DNA of 64,000 nucleotides, taken from assembly GCA_036004985.1 (NCBI GenBank), contig DASYQX010000049.1, positions 18,377 through 82,376 of the forward strand, read 5' to 3'. The number at the start of each line of letters is the position of its first letter. Position 1 is the first letter of the stretch. The DNA comes from Gemmatimonadales bacterium. Lineage in GTDB: Bacteria > Gemmatimonadota > Gemmatimonadetes > Gemmatimonadales > GWC2-71-9. This document shows positions 31,658 through 39,602 of this stretch, one piece after another. The translations under genes and the position numbers were made by a program. The notes beneath the pieces are model-generated. The model saw nothing but the letters and a program-made list of their open reading frames with translations, was not told where the DNA came from and ran no database searches.

Positions 31658-32857
31658 TCAGTTCGGGAGCTTCGCCAGCCGTTGCTGGGCGTCAGCGATC
31701 AGATCCCGGAGCCGGTGCGGCGCGACCGCGAGAAACTTCGTGTACGACTCGCGCGCCTGGGCCGCCAGCCCCAGCTCCTCGTCGATCCGGCCAAGCAGAT
31801 AGTGCGCCGGCGCGTAGCGCGGGTTCAACGCCACCGCCCGGAGGAGCGGTGCCTCGGCGTCGACCGTGCGCTGCGCGTTGAACAGAGACGCCGCATAATC
31901 GAACTGCGCGACCGGATCGTCCTCGCTCACCTCAGCGGCGCGTTGCCGCTCCAGCAGCGCCGAGTCGGCGTGTCCCGCATTCTCATGGATCGCCGCGAGA
32001 TACGTGTGGGCCATGGCGAGCCCCAGGTCGTGTTCTAAGGCCTCCCGATAGAGAGCGGCAGCGCGGTCGGGGTGCCCCGTGATGTGGTGGAGCGCGGCAA
32101 GCATGAACCGGTACTCGTTGTCCTCGAGCGGCACGTGCACGATCTCGTCCCGCTGTTGGTGCTTGAGCGTGCGGTCGAGCAGTTTCTGGAAGTCGACGAT
32201 GGCAGCGTCGTACTTCCGGCTGTGGGCCGCCGCGAGCCCGCGAAACCACAGGATGTAGTCCGGCACCCTGTCGGGATGCTTGAACTCGTCGAATTCGCGC
32301 TGGCCGAGCCTCACCAGTCGTTCGTATGCCGATTCGAACCGGGCCAGCCCGAGATCCACGGACCAGGCATAGTACCGCTCGTACAGCAGACGCTGGGAAG
32401 CCGTGAGGTCGACGAAGCGGGGCTCTTCGATCTCGTAGATCACGGAAAACACTCGTAGATCGACGAGCGGGTCGACGCGGAACGCGAGCTGATAGAACCG
32501 GTGCGCCTCCTCGAGCACCGGCTGCAACGCCTTGGGGACTACTCCACGGTATTCTTCGTCGGACAACGTCTCTCGCCGGGCATACGGCAGGTAGGCCAAC
32601 GCGAGGTAGGCTTCGGCAAATCGCGGGTCGAGGCGGATGACGAGACGCAAGATGCTGTCCGTCTGCTTCCAGCGATGCTTTTGCCAGTGCGCGAGCGCCA
32701 GGTAATACTGAATCTCGGCATCGTTCGAGTCCGCCCGGGCCAACGCCTCGACCTTCCCCAGGTCGCGGGTCATGATCCTGAGCGCCTGGCCCTCCAGGCG
32801 AGCCGGGGTCGCGGCCGACACGGCGAGCGCGAGCGTGAGCGCGGTCCTACGGAGCAT
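31658..32857 (-). CDS. Secreted TPR-repeat protein, paralogue 3 of 3 (399 aa)
   Basis: Start at ATG 32857 (MLRRTALTLALAVSAATPARLEGQ, with a GAGAGG-type Shine-Dalgarno sequence). The track start at 32962 adds 35 unlikely residues. Confidence 0.85.
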   Translation of the reverse strand: MLRRTALTLALAVSAATPARLEGQALRIMTRDLGKVEALARADSNDAEIQYYLALAHWQKHRWKQTDSILRLVIRLDPRFAEAYLALAYLPYARRETLSDEEYRGVVPKALQPVLEEAHRFYQLAFRVDPLVDLRVFSVIYEIEEPRFVDLTASQRLLYERYYAWSVDLGLARFESAYERLVRLGQREFDEFKHPDRVPDYILWFRGLAAAHSRKYDAAIVDFQKLLDRTLKHQQRDEIVHVPLEDNEYRFMLAALHHITGHPDRAAALYREALEHDLGLAMAHTYLAAIHENAGHADSALLERQRAAEVSEDDPVAQFDYAASLFNAQRTVDAEAPLLRAVALNPRYAPAHYLLGRIDEELGLAAQARESYTKFLAVAPHRLRDLIADAQQRLAKLPN

Positions 32858-32960
32858 TCGGACACCTCTCAACGGAAGAGGAGGATTGGGGCAGGATCGC
32901 GGCAACTTGGCGCACGGCCTCCGAGCGGTCAATATTTCACCGGTCAGCAAGAGGAGGCGC

Positions 32961-33443
32961 ATGGACCAGGCCGCGAAGAAGTCCGTCCTCAGGCAGTTTC
33001 CGTATGGACTCTACGCCGTGACGGTCGCCTCGCGGGGCGAAGAGCACGGCATGACCGCCAACTGGGTGACGCAGGCGGCGTTCGAACCGCCCATGGTCGT
33101 CGTCGCGGTGGAGAACACGTCCAAGACCATCGATATGATGCGCGACTCGCATCAATTTGCAATAAGCGTGCTTCAGCAGGGCCAGCGTGACCTGGCGGGC
33201 CGGCTGGGCCGCACGTCGGAGCAGGCTCCCCAGAAGCTCAAGGGAATCAAGACGAAGCCGGCTCCCGTCTCGGGGGTCCCGGTCCTGGCCGAATCGCTTG
33301 GGTGGGTGGAGTGTCGCGTCGTTGCAACACTCCCCGCCGGGGATCACACGCTCGTACTCGGAGAGGTGATCGCCGCCGGTGTCGAGCACGCAGATGCGCA
33401 ACCCCTGACGCTACAGGAGGCTGGCTTCAAGTACTCTGGGTGA
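32961..33443 (+). CDS. Flavin reductase-like protein (FMN-binding split barrel)
   Basis: ATG 32961 is preceded by AAGAGGAGG. FPYGLYAVTVASRGEEHGMTANWVTQAAFEPPMVVVAV is typical of the flavin reductase family. Confidence 0.85.
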   Translation: MDQAAKKSVLRQFPYGLYAVTVASRGEEHGMTANWVTQAAFEPPMVVVAVENTSKTIDMMRDSHQFAISVLQQGQRDLAGRLGRTSEQAPQKLKGIKTKPAPVSGVPVLAESLGWVECRVVATLPAGDHTLVLGEVIAAGVEHADAQPLTLQEAGFKYSG

Positions 33444-33467
33444 TGCGGCGACGCAACACATCCAGGT

Positions 33468-35129
33468 TCAGGGCGACCGATAAACCACCGTGCCGCCGAC
33501 GACGGTGTACCGCACCTTCACCTGAGGGATCGAGTCGGGCCGGACGGCGAAGAGGTCCCGGTCCAGCACGACGACGTCGGCGTACCGGCCAGCGGCCAGC
33601 GCTCCCCACTTCTGCTCCATGAACGTGGCCCAGGCGTTGCCGTAGGTGTACGCGCGCAGCGCTTCGCCCACGGTGATCTTCTGGTCCGGGATCCAGCCGC
33701 CGGGGTGGCGGCCGTCGAGCGTGCGCCGCGTGACCGCCGCGTAAACGCCGAAGATCGGGTCGAGCGGCGCGACGGTCCAGTCCGACCCGAAGGCGAGTGG
33801 TGCGTCGGCGCCGATCAGCGACCGGAATGCGTAGGTCGTGCGGATGCGTACGGGGCCGATCCGCTTCGCGAGCCAACGGCCGTCGTCGATCGCGTGGTAG
33901 GGTTGCATCGATGCGATTACGCGTTGCGCGCCGAACTTGGGGATCTCTTGCGGGCGCAGGTGCTGCGCGTGCTCGATCCGGAAGCGGCGGTCGCGCGCGC
34001 CGTGCGCCCGGGCGACGCTGTCGAAGATGGCGAGCAGGAGCGCATTGGCCCGATCGCCGATCGCGTGGACCGCGACCTGCAGGCCCGCCGAGTCGGCGCC
34101 GCCGATCCAGGAACGCAGCTCGGCTTCGCTGTGCTGCATGAGTCCCGCGTAGCCGGCCGAGTCGGTAAAGGGCTCGAAGAAGTACGCCGTGCGGGAGCCC
34201 GCGGAGCCGTCGACGTACCCCTTCACCCCGCCGATCCGCACCCAGTCGTCGCCCGGCCCTGCGCGGCTCACGCTCTCGGCCACGGCGCGCCACTGGTCGA
34301 GCGGCAGATACACGGCGACGCGCAGCGTCATGCGCCCCGCCTGTTGGAGGCGCCGGTAGCTGGCGAGGTCCGCCCAGGACGCGGACATGTGGGCCGTCGC
34401 CGTGACGCCGAGTGAGGCGGCGTACGCCAGGGCGCGCGCCAGGGCGGAGTCGCGCTGCTCGGGCCCGGGGTCGGGGGCGGCCCCCCAGATGAGGCCCATC
34501 GCCTGGTCCTTGAAGATTCCCAGGGGCTCGCCCGTCGCGGGGTCGCGCACGATCTCGCCGCCGGGCGGCGTCGCGGTGGCCCGGGTCACGCCGGCGGCGC
34601 GGATCGCCGCGCTGTTCGCGAGCGCCATATGCCCGTCGAGGCGGCTCACGAACACGGGGTTCTGCGGGGTGACCGAATCGATCCAGTCGCGTTGCGGCAG
34701 CGGCGTGCCGCGCCACAGCTCGTGATCCCAGTCGCCCCCCGTGATCCATTCGCCGGGGCGGAGCCGGGCGGCGTATTCCTTCAACCGGCGGACGAACTCC
34801 TCCGGGGTGGCCGCGTCGCGCAGGTTCACCGACGCGAGCTGGAAGCCGCCGTCGATGAAGTGCGTGTGTCCATCCGCGAATCCGGGCAGCACCATGCCGC
34901 CGTCGGCGCGCACGATCTCGGTTCGGCCGCCGACGTAGCGCGCGACCTCGGTGGAGTCCCCGACGGCGAGGATCTTGCCGTCCGCGATCGCAACCGCGCC
35001 GACCGGCCCGCGCCCGGTCGAGAGGCTGGTCCAGACCGTGCCGCCGGTGATGACCAGATCGGCCTTTGGACCGCAGCCGAGGAGCAGTGGCAGGAGAAGC
35101 GCGACGACGGCGCGCGGCGGACGGCGCAC
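33468..35129 (-). CDS. Amidohydrolase-family metallo-hydrolase (YtcJ-like), secreted or lipoprotein
   Basis: LLLGCG lipobox; metal-binding PGFADGHTHF; later VHAIGD and FGSDW motifs. Confidence 0.85.
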   Translation of the reverse strand: MRRPPRAVVALLLPLLLGCGPKADLVITGGTVWTSLSTGRGPVGAVAIADGKILAVGDSTEVARYVGGRTEIVRADGGMVLPGFADGHTHFIDGGFQLASVNLRDAATPEEFVRRLKEYAARLRPGEWITGGDWDHELWRGTPLPQRDWIDSVTPQNPVFVSRLDGHMALANSAAIRAAGVTRATATPPGGEIVRDPATGEPLGIFKDQAMGLIWGAAPDPGPEQRDSALARALAYAASLGVTATAHMSASWADLASYRRLQQAGRMTLRVAVYLPLDQWRAVAESVSRAGPGDDWVRIGGVKGYVDGSAGSRTAYFFEPFTDSAGYAGLMQHSEAELRSWIGGADSAGLQVAVHAIGDRANALLLAIFDSVARAHGARDRRFRIEHAQHLRPQEIPKFGAQRVIASMQPYHAIDDGRWLAKRIGPVRIRTTYAFRSLIGADAPLAFGSDWTVAPLDPIFGVYAAVTRRTLDGRHPGGWIPDQKITVGEALRAYTYGNAWATFMEQKWGALAAGRYADVVVLDRDLFAVRPDSIPQVKVRYTVVGGTVVYRSP

Positions 35130-35139
35130 AGCGAACCTC

Positions 35140-35394
35140 CTAGCGGAGACGGGTAATGCGGCGGATCGTTTCGAGCGCAGTCACGGGATCCGGCCCAGCC
35201 TGTTTCGACCCGGCCGGTCCGGCCAGGCTGTCGCGGATGTCGAGCAGGACCTCGAGCAGCAGCTGCTCCCGTTGATAGGAGGCGTCGAGGTCGGCCATGC
35301 GTCGCTCGTCGCCCGCGGCCTTCGCCCGCTCGTAGGCTTCCCGGTAGATCGCGTCGAGGTTGTCGAGGATCTGCTGACGCTGACGTGGACTCAT
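35140..35394 (-). CDS. Hypothetical small helical protein (84 aa)
   Basis: Balanced, charged-helical composition. It lies 10 nt upstream of, and is co-oriented with, the amidohydrolase gene. Confidence 0.45.
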   Translation of the reverse strand: MSPRQRQQILDNLDAIYREAYERAKAAGDERRMADLDASYQREQLLLEVLLDIRDSLAGPAGSKQAGPDPVTALETIRRITRLR

Positions 35395-35420
35395 CTCAAG
35401 GAAAGATATAGGTTCACACC

Positions 35421-35951
35421 ATGACCCTCAAAGGTAAGCGGGTGCTGTTCTTTGCCGCGCCGCTGTATGAAGACCTCGAGCTCTGGTACCCCAAGATCCG
35501 GCTCGAGGAGGAAGGGGCCGTCACGACGGTCGCCGGACTCGGCGAGAAAACCTACCAGGGCAAGCGCGGCTACCCCGTCACGGTGGACGCCAGCGTGAAC
35601 GAGATTGAGGCCGCGTCGTTCGACGGTCTCGTCATTCCCGGCGGCTTCGCCCCCGACCAACTGCGCCGATTCGACAAGGTCCTGCAGCTCACACGCGAGA
35701 TCTACCAGGCCGGCAAGCCCCTGGCCTTCATCTGCCACGCGGGGTGGGTCCCGATCTCCGCGAAGATCCTCAAAGGCAAGCACGCGACCAGCGTGCGGGC
35801 CATCAAGGACGACCTGGAAAACGCCGGCGTGATCTGGGAGGATAGCGCCGTCGTCGTGGACGGCAATCTCATTTCGTCCCGCACCCCCGCCGACCTGCCG
35901 CAGTTCTGCAAGGCACTGATTTCCGCGTTACGCCAGGGGCCTCAGGACTAG
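35421..35951 (+). CDS. DJ-1/PfpI-family protein (class I glutamine amidotransferase-like)
   Basis: DGLVIPGGFAPD and the nucleophile elbow AFICHAGWV. Confidence 0.9.
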   Translation: MTLKGKRVLFFAAPLYEDLELWYPKIRLEEEGAVTTVAGLGEKTYQGKRGYPVTVDASVNEIEAASFDGLVIPGGFAPDQLRRFDKVLQLTREIYQAGKPLAFICHAGWVPISAKILKGKHATSVRAIKDDLENAGVIWEDSAVVVDGNLISSRTPADLPQFCKALISALRQGPQD

Positions 35952-37145
35952 CCCGCTCGGCACCTTGGGAACGAAATACGTCGACTTCGGAGGCATGAAC
36001 TCCCCCGCGTCGGCCACGGCGAACACCTGTTCCACCTTGGTGGGGTTGAGCAGCACCGCATGCGCCGCGCTGCCGTGGCGCACCGTGTCGAGCGCGGCCC
36101 GCGCGTCCGCCATGTAGTTGAGGGTCGGCGTCGCTTCCCCGAGACGCAACAACGGCTTCACGACCAGCTCTTCGACGATCGCCACGTCCAGGGCGCGCAC
36201 GGCCGGGCTCTGGGACAGTCCCCGGACGTCGTCCAGGGGCGCGTCCCGCCGCAGGACCAGGGCCAGATCCGCGCCGTCCGGCACCGCCACGATGCACGCG
36301 GTGCCCGAGCTCCCGAGCCGGGCGAGGTGCGCAACCCGGTCGACCTCGGCGGCAACGCGTGACACGGTGAAGTACCGCCGCCAGGAATCGAGCAATGCGT
36401 CGAGCTTCCCGCCGACGCCGAAGATCACGCGGTGGGTGGGCAGCACCACGAGACCGGGGTCGCGGGCTGAGGCGATGAACGCCAGCACCCGATCCGCCGC
36501 GGGATTCTCGAGCGCATACGCCGAGGCGGTCTCGAAGCGGTGGTGGCCGTCGGCGATGTACAGCGGGGATGCGGGAAACGGGAAACGGGAGACGTCCCGG
36601 ACGATCCACAGGCGAATTTCCACGCCGTCGAGCTCCGCGCCCGCGTCGGGCTTGCCGGCCGCCGCCGCGCGGAGCGCCGCCGCGAGCGTGCCGTCCGGAT
36701 CGGGCGCGAGCAGGAAGATCGATTCAATGTTGGTTCGCGTGGCGCGCAGCAGCGCGAGCCGGTCGGCTTTGGGGCCGGCGTGGGTCTGTTCGTGCGGCCG
36801 CACCCGGCGGGGCGCGTACCCTTCGGCCCGGACGGCGGCGAAGACGCCGAAGCGCTCGCCCTGAGCCATCACGTACACGGCGTTCTCCGGATCGCGGACC
36901 AGCACGCCTTCCGTGCGCCACGCCGCGAGCAGCTCCGCCGCACGTGCGTACGGGTCGCCCCCGGACCGGCGGGCGGGCGCTTCCGGCAGCATCACGTGGA
37001 CGATATTGTGGGCGTCGCGCGCCGCGAGGCGCGCCCGGTCGGCGGGCGTGACGACGTCGTACGGCGGCGCGATCAGCTGGCTGAGCCGGTCGCTCGCGCG
37101 ATACCGCTCCCCGCGGAACGGCACTACCAAGTCAGAGGATCCCAT
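35928..37145 (-). CDS. DUF1015-family protein
   Basis: The N-terminus VVPFRGERYR...LIAPPYDVV is the characteristic DUF1015 opening. The start is ATG 37145, or alternatively TTG 37130 or GTG 37124. Confidence 0.75.
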   Translation of the reverse strand: MGSSDLVVPFRGERYRASDRLSQLIAPPYDVVTPADRARLAARDAHNIVHVMLPEAPARRSGGDPYARAAELLAAWRTEGVLVRDPENAVYVMAQGERFGVFAAVRAEGYAPRRVRPHEQTHAGPKADRLALLRATRTNIESIFLLAPDPDGTLAAALRAAAAGKPDAGAELDGVEIRLWIVRDVSRFPFPASPLYIADGHHRFETASAYALENPAADRVLAFIASARDPGLVVLPTHRVIFGVGGKLDALLDSWRRYFTVSRVAAEVDRVAHLARLGSSGTACIVAVPDGADLALVLRRDAPLDDVRGLSQSPAVRALDVAIVEELVVKPLLRLGEATPTLNYMADARAALDTVRHGSAAHAVLLNPTKVEQVFAVADAGEFMPPKSTYFVPKVPSGLVLRPLA

Positions 37146-37464
37146 GAGCTTTCGCGAAGCGCAGGACGCCGTCGCCCGCTGGGTCGGCCAGTTCGAGGAA
37201 GGGTACTTCTCCCCGCTCGCGAACGTCGCGCGCCTCGCGGAGGAAGTTGGCGAACTGGCGCGCGAGGTCAATCACCACTTCGGCCCGAAGACCAAGAAAC
37301 CGGACGAACAGGTCGGGTCCATCCCGATGGAGCTGGCCGACATCCTGTTCGTCGTAATCTGCCTCGCCAATTCGCAGCGGATCGATCTCGACGACGCGTT
37401 CGCACACATGATGGCGAAGGTCACCGCCCGCGACGCCGGCCGCTGGACCAGGAAGGCGCGCTGA
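37144..37464 (+). CDS. mazG: MazG-like nucleotide pyrophosphohydrolase (single-domain, 106 aa)
   Basis: MSFREAQDAVARWV...LAEEVGELAREV...MELADILFVVICLAN are the EExxE and ExxD helices of the all-alpha NTP-PPase fold. GAGGA lies 4 nt upstream of the ATG. Confidence 0.8.
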   Translation: MSFREAQDAVARWVGQFEEGYFSPLANVARLAEEVGELAREVNHHFGPKTKKPDEQVGSIPMELADILFVVICLANSQRIDLDDAFAHMMAKVTARDAGRWTRKAR

Positions 37465-38353
37465 CTTCCTCGTAGATCCGCTCGTACGACACGAGCCGGT
37501 CCGGCTCGATCTCCGGCGCCCGGCGCACCGCACAGTCGGGCTCGGCGAGATGGCGGCAGTTATCGAAGCGGCACTGGTCGAGATAGGGACGGAACTCGGG
37601 AAAGCACGCCCCGAGGGCGTCGGGCTCGATGCCCCAGGCCGCGACCTCGCGCAGCCCCGGGGTGTCCACGACGTAGCCCACCCCCGCCACCGGGATCAGC
37701 TCTGCGGCCGTCGTGGTATGCTTGCCGGTGCGCCATTTCTCGCTGATCGCACCGACGCGCAGCTTCAAACCCGGCTCGAGCGCGTTCAAGAGGCTCGACT
37801 TGCCCGCGCCCGAGACACCCGTGAACACCGAGTGCCGCCCCCGAAGCAGATCGCGCAACGCCGCGAGCCCCACGTTCGCCTTGACCGACGTCGGCAGAAC
37901 CTGATACCCGGCGCTGGCGTATCGCCGGGTCAGCGTGGCGCCAACGCTGTCGTCCAGCTCGGTCTTGTTCACGACCAGCACGGCCGGCAGACCGTTGGCC
38001 TCGGCGATGACCAGGAATCGATCCAGGGTGCGGGGATTCGGCTCGGGATCGCGGGCGGAGGTGACGACGATGACCTGATCCACGTTCGCCGCGACCGGCT
38101 GGGAACGCCGGGCCCCACCCCCGCTCCCACCCTGGGCGGCGCGGCGCGCGAGCACGGAACGGCGTCTACGGATGCCGGTGATCGCCGCCTCCCGGTCCCC
38201 ATGCAGGTCGAGATCCACGACATCTCCCGGCACGACGCGATCGTCGTCCTGGTGCTTGAGTTTGCCCCGCAGGGTCGCCGTGACCTCACCGCCCTCGGTG
38301 TGGACGCGATACGCACCGCCCTCGCGAACCAGGACTACTCCGACCGCCGTCAC
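37421..38353 (-). CDS. rsgA: Ribosome small-subunit-dependent GTPase A
   Basis: Circularly permuted GTPase motifs VVNKTELD and GVSGAGKSSLLNAL, plus the zinc knuckle CRFDNCRHLAEPDCAV. I infer the start at GTG 38353, which forms a GTGA overlap with the upstream stop. Confidence 0.9.
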   Translation of the reverse strand: MTAVGVVLVREGGAYRVHTEGGEVTATLRGKLKHQDDDRVVPGDVVDLDLHGDREAAITGIRRRRSVLARRAAQGGSGGGARRSQPVAANVDQVIVVTSARDPEPNPRTLDRFLVIAEANGLPAVLVVNKTELDDSVGATLTRRYASAGYQVLPTSVKANVGLAALRDLLRGRHSVFTGVSGAGKSSLLNALEPGLKLRVGAISEKWRTGKHTTTAAELIPVAGVGYVVDTPGLREVAAWGIEPDALGACFPEFRPYLDQCRFDNCRHLAEPDCAVRRAPEIEPDRLVSYERIYEEVSAPSWSSGRRRGR

Positions 38354-38670
38354 GTCCTTCTCCCTGCTCCCTTCTCCTTCTCGACACACCGGTCCAGGTG
38401 CGCCTTGATATCCTGCAGCGTCAGGGCGAGCACGGGCGCGAGGGCCTCCTCGGGAGTGCGGCCGTAGGCGAGATAGTCGGTCTCGAGGTGGCCGACCGGG
38501 CGCTCACCTTCGCCCCAGCGTACGAACAGCAGCGCCGCACCGTAGCGGCCGGCGGCGTCGGGCGCGTCGTCCACGAACGTCGCGACCGAGTAGGCCCCGC
38601 CGTCGGCGCCGCCGAAGGCGGGCGGGCGTTGGTGGACGGCCTGGTAGCCGCCGAGGGTGGAGTCGTCCAT
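38350..38670 (-). CDS. Hypothetical protein (106 aa)
   Basis: Coding-like composition. Its start shares a TAATG overlap with the stop of the proline dehydrogenase gene, and its stop overlaps the rsgA start. Confidence 0.5.
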   Translation of the reverse strand: MDDSTLGGYQAVHQRPPAFGGADGGAYSVATFVDDAPDAAGRYGAALLFVRWGEGERPVGHLETDYLAYGRTPEEALAPVLALTLQDIKAHLDRCVEKEKGAGRRT

Positions 38671-39602
38671 TAGGTCCGGCGTAGCGACTCCTTCATGACG
38701 TTCGCGACGAGGAACGCGATGTTGGCCGGCCGTTCGGCGAGCCGGCGCATGAGGTAGGGGTACCAGTGCGTCCCGAACGGCACGTAGACGCGGACGTTGT
38801 ACCTTTCCCGGCGCAACGCGCGCTGCAGGTCGCGCCGCACGCCGTATGGCATCTGGAACTCGTAGCGCGCCGCCGGAATGTTTTTGGCCCTGGCGAAGGT
38901 TTTGGCGTGCGTGATGATCCGCTCGTCGTGCGTCGCGATGCCGGGATAGCGGCCCCGCTCGAGCAGCCGCTCCATGCAGGCGACGTAGTTGGCGTCCACG
39001 TCGCGCTTGGAGGGGAACGCGAGGCTATCCGGCTCCTTGTAGGCGCCCTTGCAGAGCCGGACCCGGGCACCGAGCGCAATCACGTCCTCCACGTCCTGCG
39101 CAGTGCGGCGCAGGTACGATTGCAGCACCACGCCGACGGCGTTGCCGAACGCCGGATAGAAGGTCTGCTTGAAGAGCTGGAGGGTCTTCTCGGTGTAACT
39201 CGACTGCTCCATGTCGATGCGCACGAAAGAGCCGTGCGACGCCGCCTTGGCGATGATGGCCCGCATGTTCGCAACGCACAACGCTTCGTCGATGTCGAGA
39301 CCCATCTGGGTGAGCTTGACGGATACGTTGGCGTTGGCGCCGGCGCTCCGGATCCGGTCCAGAGTCTCGAGGTAGGTGTCCCGGGCGTGGTGCGCCTCGC
39401 TCGCGTGCAAGACCGACTCGCCGAGCAGATCGAGCATGGCCGAGATGCCCTCGGCATTCAGGTCACGGAGGGCCGCGACGGCCGACGCCACCGTTTCACC
39501 CGCCACAAAGCGCGAGGCGAACCGGCGCGCGAGCCCGTTGCGGCGGACGAAGCGGAAGATGCGCGGCTGTTCGCTCAGCCAGAGCAGTCCGGCGCGCAGC
39601 AT
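38670..39602 (-). CDS. Proline dehydrogenase (monofunctional PutA-like)
   Basis: Start at ATG 39602 (MLRAGLLWLSEQ). The TIM-barrel ProDH motifs include LDLLGE, VSVKLTQMG, RLCKGAY and ATHD. Confidence 0.85.
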   Translation of the reverse strand: MLRAGLLWLSEQPRIFRFVRRNGLARRFASRFVAGETVASAVAALRDLNAEGISAMLDLLGESVLHASEAHHARDTYLETLDRIRSAGANANVSVKLTQMGLDIDEALCVANMRAIIAKAASHGSFVRIDMEQSSYTEKTLQLFKQTFYPAFGNAVGVVLQSYLRRTAQDVEDVIALGARVRLCKGAYKEPDSLAFPSKRDVDANYVACMERLLERGRYPGIATHDERIITHAKTFARAKNIPAARYEFQMPYGVRRDLQRALRRERYNVRVYVPFGTHWYPYLMRRLAERPANIAFLVANVMKESLRRT

